Assembly: GCA_964607485.1 (NCBI GenBank)
Contig: CAZSKP010000010.1
Location: forward strand, 32,001 to 96,000
DNA: 64,000 nt
Direction of reading: 5' to 3'
Source: an uncultured bacterium
Lineage (GTDB): Bacteria > Abyssobacteria > SURF-5
Shown here: positions 56,478-64,000 of the stretch, in pieces
Layout of the letters: the number at the start of each line of letters is the position of its first letter
How positions within the stretch are numbered: the stretch's first letter is position 1
Program-made: the position numbers and the translations under genes
The notes under the pieces: model-generated
What the model was told of the DNA's origin: nothing
The model's database searches: none
What the model saw: the letters and a program-made list of their open reading frames with translations, nothing else

Positions 56478-57122
56478 ATGCGGAGATTGGTGCAGCTCGG
56501 AATTGCGCTGTTAGCCGTCCTATCCATTCTTTGCGGTCGGGCAAGCGCCACCGAATACGTGGTGGACCGGGCTCGGAGCGAGTTGGTGGTGCGATTGCAC
56601 AAAGGCGGAATCGCGGCGGCGCTCGCGCACAATCATGTGATTCGCGCGACCGATTACTTCGGAAGAGGCAGCTACGACCTGGCCGACCCTTCGAGGGGAT
56701 CGATTCTGGTTGAAGTTCGGTCCGAATCACTCGTGGCCGACGAGGCGGCGACGCGCGAAAAATACGGCCTCACCAAGCCGCTCAGCGACAAGGACCGAGA
56801 GAAAATTCAGTCAACCATGCAATCGACCGTCCAGATGGACGTGAAGAAATACCCGATGCTGAAGTTCCAGTCGACAAATATTGAAGAGCAATCGGAGGGC
56901 CGGTACACGATCACCGGCGATTTGACCATTCATGGCGTGACGCAGTCCGTCACTTTTCCCGTCGCAGTAACCCCGGAAGACGACGGCATGCGCGGCCGGG
57001 CCTCGTTCAAATTCAAGCAGAGCGATTTCGGGATAACGCCCTACAGCGCGATGCTGGGCGCGCTCCGAAACGAAGACGAAGCCACTATGTATCTCGACAT
57101 CTTCGCGATGCCCGTCCCGTAG
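56478..57122 (+). CDS. YceI-family secreted protein
   Basis: Signal peptide, YVVDRARS, YPMLKFQS, GDLTIHGVT, SDFGI; SD AGGAGG. Confidence 0.9.
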   Translation: MRRLVQLGIALLAVLSILCGRASATEYVVDRARSELVVRLHKGGIAAALAHNHVIRATDYFGRGSYDLADPSRGSILVEVRSESLVADEAATREKYGLTKPLSDKDREKIQSTMQSTVQMDVKKYPMLKFQSTNIEEQSEGRYTITGDLTIHGVTQSVTFPVAVTPEDDGMRGRASFKFKQSDFGITPYSAMLGALRNEDEATMYLDIFAMPVP

Positions 57123-57142
57123 CAATAGCAGCAACGCGATTC

Positions 57143-58018
57143 CTATCCGCCCATTTCTTCTCGCGTCCCGGCTATCCGGGCGAAGTCAACCTCCTCGTAG
57201 AACCGCGAAAAGTAGAACTTCGCATTCGGGCATTCTTCATGGACGGCCCTGCGATAATCGTCGAGGTTCATGTACTTCGACAGGGTGTAGGGGTGCATGA
57301 AATCGTCGAAGTGGTGGACCATCGTCACATCGGGCTTGAACCTTTCGACCAACAACTGCGACTGTTGCAGCCACTTCCTGTTGGCGGGGCAGTACGGGAT
57401 TGCCAGAACGTTGACACGCTCGATTTCGCCCAGTTCGTCAACCTGGCCGGTGAGGTTGCCGAAGTAGAGCATGGTCTTGCCGGCGGGGGGAAATCGGAAA
57501 TGGAAGACGAAGCAATTGCCGAAGACGTGATGCCTCAGCCATTTGAACCCGGCAGGCACGGCTTGCGGCATTCCATGCAGCCACGGGCGAATGAACATTG
57601 ACCGGATGAACCAGAAGTCGATTTCCTCGGTTCCTATCTGGTAGGGCGTTACATCGATATCGGCAATGTTGAACGTCCGCCCCTTGACGCTCTCGAGCGC
57701 GTGCCACTTCGACCGGTCAACGGAGAGGTGCAACCGACTTGCCTCGCGCTCGATGTCGACCAGACACCGCTCGGGCGCGTAGGTCTCCGCGTTATGCCTC
57801 GCGGCGATGAAGGGAGCATCCCACGAGTGGTCCAGATGCCCGTGCGTGAGGAGCAGATAATCCACCCTGTCGAGGTCGTCCCTCGTGACCTGCAGATGCG
57901 GCTTATCGCCAGGCAGGCGTGTGTAAAGCGGGTCGATGATTATCTTCAGATCTTTGTAGTGGATATGATAATGCGCGGCGCCGTGCCACAGAAACGTGAG
58001 CCTGTCATCGGATTCCAT
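57143..58018 (-). CDS. Metallo-beta-lactamase-fold hydrolase (UlaG-like)
   Basis: IIIDP, THGHLDH, HHFDDF; SD AAGGAGG. Confidence 0.88.
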   Translation of the reverse strand: MESDDRLTFLWHGAAHYHIHYKDLKIIIDPLYTRLPGDKPHLQVTRDDLDRVDYLLLTHGHLDHSWDAPFIAARHNAETYAPERCLVDIEREASRLHLSVDRSKWHALESVKGRTFNIADIDVTPYQIGTEEIDFWFIRSMFIRPWLHGMPQAVPAGFKWLRHHVFGNCFVFHFRFPPAGKTMLYFGNLTGQVDELGEIERVNVLAIPYCPANRKWLQQSQLLVERFKPDVTMVHHFDDFMHPYTLSKYMNLDDYRRAVHEECPNAKFYFSRFYEEVDFARIAGTREEMGG

Positions 58019-58042
58019 GCCTCCTCCTTGCCCTTGGGCAAC

Positions 58043-59173
58043 TCACCTCGCGAGCATTTCGAGGAAGCCCTGCACGCGGGTGCGTATCTGCCCGCGCCCG
58101 GGGCCGACGCGGTGCTCGGTCTCGATGACCATGTTCGGGATGCCGGCCTCCTTGAGGGCCTCGCTCAGAAGAGGCTGCTCGGCGAGGTGCGGGTCGCAGA
58201 ACTTCTGTATGACGAATATGAGCGACTCGGCGCGACACTCGCGCATGCCTTCGAGGATGAACTCGAGCCTCCGCTTGACCGGCAGGCGGCTCGGGCATGG
58301 CGTGCGCGCGATGTAGCGCCTTGCCAGCGCCTCGACGGGGTCGCCGCCCGGCTCGACGAGATCGAAAAAACTCCGCGCGCCCGTGCAGAGGTCGTCGCCG
58401 ACGATGGTCGCTCCCGCTTCCTCGATGACCTTCAGGATTTCCGGGTCGTGCAGCTCGCTGCCGGAGACATAGGCCCGGTGGGCGTCCTGTCCGCATCCGA
58501 CGGGCCGAAGAATCTCCGCGATGAGCGCCTCGACCATATCCGAATAATCCTCAGGCGGCATGAGTGAGCCCGCAAGGACCACCTCAAGCACGTCGCTCCC
58601 CGATATCGGCGTCGGATTCGCGGCGCGGAGCGCGCACAGCCGCTTGAGCACGGACCGCCTTCGGTTGTACACATCTATGCTCTTCGATAACGACTCGTCC
58701 GAAATTTGCGCGCCCATGAATTTCTCAATGGCTTCCTTGAGCTTGTTGAGTTCGCGCACATGATACCGCAGCGAGCCCGCGCTCAGGAAATACGGAGGCG
58801 CGAACATGTAGGTGAAGTCGGTCTTTATGTTGCGCTGCCAGATGCCGAACAGGCCGCAGGTCGCGTCGCAGGTGTAGGCGTGCACGATCCCGTCCAGATA
58901 GTCGAACCCGCCCTTGAGCGCAGTGTCGAGCACGCCTCTGACGAACGGGCAGACGAAGCTCTGTATCAGCGTTTCCGCCTGGGTGATGTCCTCCGTGCCG
59001 CCGAAAAGGCGGACGGGGTGTATGCCCGCCGCGTGGAGCAGCTCCTCTGGCGTGTAGCTGCAAAAGTAGCCGAAAATCTTCTTGCCGGTGCGCTTCCTTA
59101 GATCGCGCAGATATTCCGTCCGGTTTCGGACGACTTCGCCGAAGCTCTGCACGGTCACCGCTTTCGTCGTCAT
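58043..59173 (-). CDS. 2-hydroxyacyl-CoA dehydratase/benzoyl-CoA reductase family subunit (HgdB/FldC/BcrC-like)
   Basis: GYFCSYTPEELLHAAG, CPF, TCD, DDLCTG, KFCDPH, IRTRVQGFLE. Confidence 0.92.
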   Translation of the reverse strand: MTTKAVTVQSFGEVVRNRTEYLRDLRKRTGKKIFGYFCSYTPEELLHAAGIHPVRLFGGTEDITQAETLIQSFVCPFVRGVLDTALKGGFDYLDGIVHAYTCDATCGLFGIWQRNIKTDFTYMFAPPYFLSAGSLRYHVRELNKLKEAIEKFMGAQISDESLSKSIDVYNRRRSVLKRLCALRAANPTPISGSDVLEVVLAGSLMPPEDYSDMVEALIAEILRPVGCGQDAHRAYVSGSELHDPEILKVIEEAGATIVGDDLCTGARSFFDLVEPGGDPVEALARRYIARTPCPSRLPVKRRLEFILEGMRECRAESLIFVIQKFCDPHLAEQPLLSEALKEAGIPNMVIETEHRVGPGRGQIRTRVQGFLEMLAR

Positions 59174-59188
59174 GTCTCTTTTCCCTTG

Positions 59189-61597
59189 TCACCGGCTCGC
59201 GGCAGGGTGCGCCGGCGTAAGCCTCAGATGTCCCTGGACGCTGCCGATGAAATCCTCCCGGTCCATCATTTCCGTTATATACTCGCCCTTGAGCCATTTG
59301 TCGCAGAAATCGTGATAGTGGCGGCTTGCGGGATTGCCCGATTGGCCGGTCGTGTCGATGGCCAGAGTCTTGTTCAGCCGGGAGAAATCCATGATATGCC
59401 TGAGCGAGGCGGCCATGGTCACGTCGTAGGGCTTGTTGAAGTCAAAGGTGCCCCTGTTTACGGATTCGCCGTCGCCCGGGAAGGGAAACGGTCCATAGTC
59501 AAAAATCATCTTCACGAGCCCGCTCCGGTCGAGCGAGTGGCGGAACTCGATGGTGTGCACGCGGCCCCATTCCCACTTCGAGACATCGCTGCCCAGCCTC
59601 TTTTCGAGCGATGAGATCGCCTGTGTGAAACTGCGGACGGCGATGTCGTCGCGGGTTTCGACCTCTTCGGTGCGCACGTCGTCGAACCAATGGGAGCCCT
59701 CCTGCACGAACCCGACAAATCTCTCCAGCCAGAGATAGTAGTTGTCGAGATACTCCTTGGCCAATTCCTGTCCCATTTCGTCAACAAACGTGTTCTTCGC
59801 AAATGTGAGCAGGAATTCGTGGTATATGGTCGCGGCGACGCTGTCGGTCGTGTTGTCGAAGTCCCACTCTTGCAGGCGGGCGGCGGCATCGCGCAGCCGG
59901 GCGTCGGGAAGGTCGGCCAGCGCAGGCAAGAGAGTTTCCAGGAGCAGCTTCGCGAGCAGCGACTTCGAATCCGCCTGAATTCGCGCCATGCTCTCGGCAT
60001 CGTGTGTATCCTGCGCCTCGATGAGTTCGGCTATCCTTTGGTATCTGAATCTCGGAGCCCACTCGGCCGAGAGGAAATGGTGGTACTCGTCGCCCACGAC
60101 CCGGTTGTTGGCCGTGACAAGGTAGCCGGAAGGCGGGTTGAATGTGTGCGGCATTTCCGCAAAAGGGATCCGCCCCTTCCATCGTGTTTCGCTCGTCCAG
60201 CCCTCCTGCGGGACGGTGCCGTCTCCACGCGAGCGAATGGGTATCGTTCCCGCGCCATAGTATCCGATGTTCCCATCGATGTCGGCATACAATAGATTTT
60301 GGGGTGCGACCGAGAACTTGCTGAGGGCCTTACAGAACTCGTCCCAGTTGGCCGCTCGATTCACGGCGCTCAGTGCCTCATATTCCGGTGTCGGCTCAAA
60401 TCCTGTCCAGCACAGGCTGATGGCCTGTGCCATCCCCGGAAGCGCGTCATTCATCAACGGTCCGTGTATCGTGCGCCGGATTTCCTTCTGTATGGACGAG
60501 ACGTCCCCCTTCTTGGTGCGGAATGAAATGCGCTCCAGTCGCGTGTCCATGTCAACCCACTTGCCATTGTATTCATACTGATTCGGGTCCTTGGGGTTGA
60601 TGCGTTCTATGAATACGTCCTGCACGTCGGCGTTCATGTTGGTCATGCCCCAGCCGATTCTGCGGTTGTGTCCGAGTATGGGGAGCGTAGTCCCCGGAAA
60701 GACGCCGCCGATGACGTCGTACCCCGCGCCGACAAGATGGGCGAAGTACCAGATCGACGGCATGCGGCTGCCGCTCAGGTGCGGGTCGTTCGCGAGTATG
60801 GGCGCGTGATTTTTCGCCCGCGAGGGACCTACGACCCAGCAGTTGCTCCCGCCGGGCTGCCCTATGATCTCGTCCAGCAGAGGCGCGCCTCCGTCGAGGA
60901 ACGATTGTTCCAGCGGCTCTTTGACGACGGCGGCGGGAATGATGAACGGACCCTCGGAAGGATATGTCGGGCCCAGCTCGGCCGCGCGTTTCGGGCCGAG
61001 CTTCGCAATCAGCTTCATGGCGACGATTTCACTCTTGAAATTCATCGAGAGCTGCCACGCCAGTAATCTGGAGATGGCCAGTGTGTCGGACGGCCGCCAC
61101 CGCTCGGGCCGATATTTGAGCAGGCGAAACTCGGGAGGCAGCGCCGCCATGTGCTCGATGCAGGCGTTCACGCCGTCGGAAAACGCCTCGAGCCCGGCCA
61201 GGGCGGCGGGAGATAGTCCTTTAACCTGTCGGCGCGCCGTTTGCTCGAAGCCGAGAGTGCGCATGAGCACGTCGAGCTCGAGCGCGTTCTCACCCAGTAT
61301 TTCCGCCAGGCGGCCGGTGGCCGCTCGGCGCGTCAGGTCCATCTGCCACAGCCGTTCCTGCGCGCTCACGAACCCGACGGCGAACATCAGGTCGTTCTGA
61401 TTCCCGGCATAGATATGCGGTATCCCGTATTCGTCGCGGTAGATATCGACCTGCTCGGAGAGACCTTCGAGCGTGATAACGCCCGAGAGTTCGGGAAGCG
61501 ACTCGGCCAGCTTCGCACGACCCCACACAACGACTGCAACGCCGGCGACGATGATGGCAAGACAGACCACAAGGACAATAATCAGGGGTCTTCTCAC
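59189..61597 (-). CDS. Penicillin acylase family Ntn-hydrolase with N-terminal membrane anchor
   Basis: RDEYGIPHIYA, QERLWQMD, G/SNCW nucleophile, ANDPHL, TANN, GQSG; GTG 61597 has SD GAAGGA. Confidence 0.94.
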   Translation of the reverse strand: MRRPLIIVLVVCLAIIVAGVAVVVWGRAKLAESLPELSGVITLEGLSEQVDIYRDEYGIPHIYAGNQNDLMFAVGFVSAQERLWQMDLTRRAATGRLAEILGENALELDVLMRTLGFEQTARRQVKGLSPAALAGLEAFSDGVNACIEHMAALPPEFRLLKYRPERWRPSDTLAISRLLAWQLSMNFKSEIVAMKLIAKLGPKRAAELGPTYPSEGPFIIPAAVVKEPLEQSFLDGGAPLLDEIIGQPGGSNCWVVGPSRAKNHAPILANDPHLSGSRMPSIWYFAHLVGAGYDVIGGVFPGTTLPILGHNRRIGWGMTNMNADVQDVFIERINPKDPNQYEYNGKWVDMDTRLERISFRTKKGDVSSIQKEIRRTIHGPLMNDALPGMAQAISLCWTGFEPTPEYEALSAVNRAANWDEFCKALSKFSVAPQNLLYADIDGNIGYYGAGTIPIRSRGDGTVPQEGWTSETRWKGRIPFAEMPHTFNPPSGYLVTANNRVVGDEYHHFLSAEWAPRFRYQRIAELIEAQDTHDAESMARIQADSKSLLAKLLLETLLPALADLPDARLRDAAARLQEWDFDNTTDSVAATIYHEFLLTFAKNTFVDEMGQELAKEYLDNYYLWLERFVGFVQEGSHWFDDVRTEEVETRDDIAVRSFTQAISSLEKRLGSDVSKWEWGRVHTIEFRHSLDRSGLVKMIFDYGPFPFPGDGESVNRGTFDFNKPYDVTMAASLRHIMDFSRLNKTLAIDTTGQSGNPASRHYHDFCDKWLKGEYITEMMDREDFIGSVQGHLRLTPAHPAASR

Positions 61598-61672
61598 AAA
61601 CAATTCCTTCCGCGGAAATCTCTCGGGGGAACTATTCGGTTCGGAAGAAAAGCGTGCGCTCAATTACGGGCA

Positions 61673-61701
61673 ATTATAGGTATCGCGGCCCTCGTTGTCA
61701 A
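61673..61701 (-). promoter_or_regulatory. Consensus sigma-70 promoter for the acylase operon
   Basis: Minus strand TTGACA-N17-TATAAT. Confidence 0.85.
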
Positions 61702-61720
61702 CCGGACAAAGAGGCCGGAT

Positions 61721-61774
61721 GGGGACTGTCCCAGATTTACGGACGCGAAGTGTCGTACAATCGGGACTGTCCCC
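61721..61774. repeat. Paired GGGACTGTCCC palindromes around an imperfect hairpin (REP-like)
   Basis: GGGGACTGTCCC (61721-61732) and GGGACTGTCCCC (61763-61774) with GATT...AATC inner pairing. Confidence 0.75.
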
Positions 61775-61813
61775 GGAGCAAAACGCCGGTTGCCGAATTA
61801 TCGGACGGAGCCG

Positions 61814-62209
61814 TCATTGTTTCTCGACAGAAGGTGCGCGGCCCAGAGCGCATTCTGCGACGGCTTTCTTACATGGGCTGCCGGCATGCAGACGATTAGT
61901 ATCGCACTTGTCGCTCAGGGCCCAATCGGTGAGACGATAGTTCAGCCTGCAGCCGAAGGCGAGGAAGCCGGTGATGCGCTCGCCGATTCCCCTGCGGCGT
62001 GAAACCTCCGAGGGCGATTGAGTCGAGTGCGAACAGCAAGGCATGGGGTTTGGACAAGTCGCGGATTCGGCCTGAGAGATCGACCGCTCACTCACGGTTC
62101 CTTCGGTTCCTGTCGCGGAATCCGCCGCCGCGAAAACCTCGCGCACGGGAAGAAGCATCAACGCCGCAATTGCGACTACCAGACAGACTGCATTCACTCG
62201 CACCTTCAT
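61814..62209 (-). CDS. Hypothetical secreted Cys-rich protein
   Basis: Signal peptide ending near VFA, SD GAAGGAG, own promoter; no family recognised. Confidence 0.7.
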   Translation of the reverse strand: MKVRVNAVCLVVAIAALMLLPVREVFAAADSATGTEGTVSERSISQAESATCPNPMPCCSHSTQSPSEVSRRRGIGERITGFLAFGCRLNYRLTDWALSDKCDTNRLHAGSPCKKAVAECALGRAPSVEKQ

Positions 62210-62247
62210 CGTGGCATCTCCTTCCGGTTGCAATCCCGTTCGATGCA

Positions 62248-62277
62248 ATTATAACCAATTTGTTAGAGTTCCGTCAA
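62248..62277 (-). promoter_or_regulatory. Sigma-70 promoter
   Basis: Minus strand TTGACG-N18-TATAAT upstream of the 62209 ORF. Confidence 0.7.
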
Positions 62278-62296
62278 AGCTGTCACCCGCTGATTC

Positions 62297-62325
62297 TTGA
62301 CAGCACGTCCGGTGTGTTGTAGCAT
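62297..62325 (+). promoter_or_regulatory. Sigma-70 promoter
   Basis: TTGACA-N17-TAGCAT upstream of the dehydrogenase. Confidence 0.7.
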
Positions 62326-62364
62326 TCTGTCAAACGGCTGAAGCAGGCATGAAGGAGGCGGAAG

Positions 62365-63351
62365 GTGAAAAGAAAACCCGCAAAGAAGAGTGTTTACATC
62401 ACCCGCACGATACCCTCGCCCGGCGTCGAGCTTCTTCGGAGACATTTCAAGGTGACGATGAACGCCGAAGACCGAAACGCCCGGCGGAGTGAAATAAAGG
62501 GAGCGCTCAAGAATGTCGATGCGCTCCTCTGCCTGCTGGCCGACCCCATCGACGCCGAGCTTCTGGCCGATGCGCCCAACCTGCGCATCGTTGCCAACAT
62601 GGCTGTCGGATACGACAACATCGAACTCAAGGCCGCAGCCAAACGCGGGATCATGGTGACCAACACGCCGGGCGTGTTGACCGAAACAACGGCCGACCTC
62701 GCATGGGCGCTTATACTGGCGACCGCGCGCCGGTTGGTCGAAGCCGACGCGTACACGCGCGATGGCAAATTCTCCGGCTGGGAACCGATGCTCTTTCTGG
62801 GTGGCGACGTGTACGGCAAGACTCTCGGTGTCGTCGGATTTGGGCGCATAGGTCGCGCAGTGGCTGGTCGCGCAAAAGGTTTCGGCATGAGGGTGCTCTA
62901 CTGCGACGAGACCAAGGCGTCGGCATCGGTCGAAAAGAAACTCGGGGCCCGGCGCGTCTCGCTGGGCAAACTTCTGCGCGAGTCCGATTTCGTCACGCTG
63001 CACGTGCCCCTGACCCCGGGCACGCGCCTCCTCATAGGACGAGAACAGCTGCAGATGATGAAGCTGACCGCCTGCCTCATCAACACGTCGCGCGGTCCCG
63101 TCGTAAACGAAAAGGAGCTGGTGCGGGCGCTCAAGCGGAGAACAATTGCCGGAGCGGGTCTGGATGTGTACGAGAGAGAGCCTGCGCTCGCGCGGGGGCT
63201 GGCCGCGCTGCCGAACGCGACACTCCTCCCCCACATCGGCAGCGCCTCCACCGAGACACGAACGAAGATGTCGCTCATGGCGGCCGAGAACATCATCGCG
63301 GCGCTGTCGGGCAGGAGGCCTCCGAATCTTCTTAACAAGCCGAAGCGTTGA
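62365..63351 (+). CDS. D-2-hydroxyacid dehydrogenase (glyoxylate reductase/D-glycerate dehydrogenase)
   Basis: AVGYDN, NTPGVLTETTAD, GFGRIG, NTSRG, GLDVYERE, PHIGSA. Confidence 0.94.
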   Translation: MKRKPAKKSVYITRTIPSPGVELLRRHFKVTMNAEDRNARRSEIKGALKNVDALLCLLADPIDAELLADAPNLRIVANMAVGYDNIELKAAAKRGIMVTNTPGVLTETTADLAWALILATARRLVEADAYTRDGKFSGWEPMLFLGGDVYGKTLGVVGFGRIGRAVAGRAKGFGMRVLYCDETKASASVEKKLGARRVSLGKLLRESDFVTLHVPLTPGTRLLIGREQLQMMKLTACLINTSRGPVVNEKELVRALKRRTIAGAGLDVYEREPALARGLAALPNATLLPHIGSASTETRTKMSLMAAENIIAALSGRRPPNLLNKPKR

Positions 63352-63378
63352 GACCGGCGGGACCGACGCCACGCTGAT

Positions 63379-63427
63379 TGTCTTCCTGAGCGCTACCGCT
63401 TGTCATCCTGTGCGAAGCGAAGAATCT
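63379..63427 (+). repeat. Two tandem half-copies of the 55738 palindrome arm
   Basis: TGTCTTCCTGAGCG (63379) and TGTCATCCTGTGCGAAGCGAAGAATCT (63401); the latter differs from the 55739 arm at two positions. Confidence 0.75.
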
Positions 63428-63965
63428 ACCTCTCGCCGGTCTCGTCCTCTATCGCCTCATCGAACGCAGGCGGATAACGCACCATTCCGCTAATCCCGTC
63501 CAGTGAGCCGGCGGTGAGTTCGAGCGCCATGAACGCTTCATCCGGCACCTGGAACGGCGCCTCCAATCCTTTCGCCCTGGCGGATGAAAACCCGAATCGT
63601 GGATAGAATTCCGGATGCCCGACAACTATCACGATTTGGTGCTCCAGGCGCCAACACTCTTTCAACCCGTGTCGCACCAGCGAAGAGCCGATGCCGCGCT
63701 TTTGGAATTTCGGTCGAACGGCCATCACCGCCAGTGCCAATGCCGGCGTCGAGGTCCCTCGCTCCTCGATGGTCATCGGGCTGAAGAGGATGTGTCCGAC
63801 AACTTGTCCGTTCTCAACGGCCACCAGCGACAACTCCGGAGTGAAGTCGGGTGACTGCCGAAGGGCCTCGATCAAATGCGCCTCGACCTCTCTTCCGAAG
63901 GCGAGCACGTTCACCTCGTGAACGGCGGCGTGGTCCACTGTCGTCTCGGGACGGATGGTAATCAT
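63426..63965 (-). CDS. GNAT N-acetyltransferase (YhbS-like)
   Basis: IRPET, SLVA, VGHILFS, VRPKFQKRGIG, VGHPEFYPRFGF. Confidence 0.93.
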   Translation of the reverse strand: MITIRPETTVDHAAVHEVNVLAFGREVEAHLIEALRQSPDFTPELSLVAVENGQVVGHILFSPMTIEERGTSTPALALAVMAVRPKFQKRGIGSSLVRHGLKECWRLEHQIVIVVGHPEFYPRFGFSSARAKGLEAPFQVPDEAFMALELTAGSLDGISGMVRYPPAFDEAIEDETGER

Positions 63966-64000
63966 AAAAGCCTTCCTTATCGGCGGGCGTCGAGGAGGAT

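Noticed and set aside
1-64000. CRISPR array, tRNA/rRNA, prophage, IS transposase or defence system
   Set aside because: No regularly spaced repeats, RNA-gene signatures or matching protein motifs seen by eye

Overview
GC-rich bacterial chromosomal window with no rRNA, tRNA, CRISPR array, integrase or transposase that I can see. (1) 80-17191: a sigma-54 response regulator, two candidate enhancer dyads and a -24/-12 promoter precede a flagellar basal-body/hook/motor operon (flgBC-fliEFGHIJ-motE-like-fliK-flgD-TIGR02530-flgE-flbD-motAB-fliL-fliN-fliO-fliP). It has no fliM, stops at fliP, has a Na+-type stator signature and carries a three-hairpin element before flgE. (2) 19278-34132: a rearranged complex I cluster, nuoBCDE-[ThDP enzyme]-nuoAFGHIJKN-[Zn-ribbon/TPR]-[O-methyltransferase], with no nuoL or nuoM and an N-terminally extended NuoJ. 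(3) 34154-43305: tsaB, an orphan glycyl-radical activase, and three GT-C/TPR glycosyltransferases around a Dpm1-like GT2; a fourth GT-C lies at 17211. (4) 43312-64000: ADP-forming acyl-CoA synthetase subunits, FmdE, an MMPL transporter, an ArsR/ArsP/TauE/thioredoxin operon, several hydrolases, a lone 2-hydroxyacyl-CoA dehydratase subunit with a penicillin acylase, and small palindromic repeats. All calls come from motif recognition by eye; no searches or folding programs were run.
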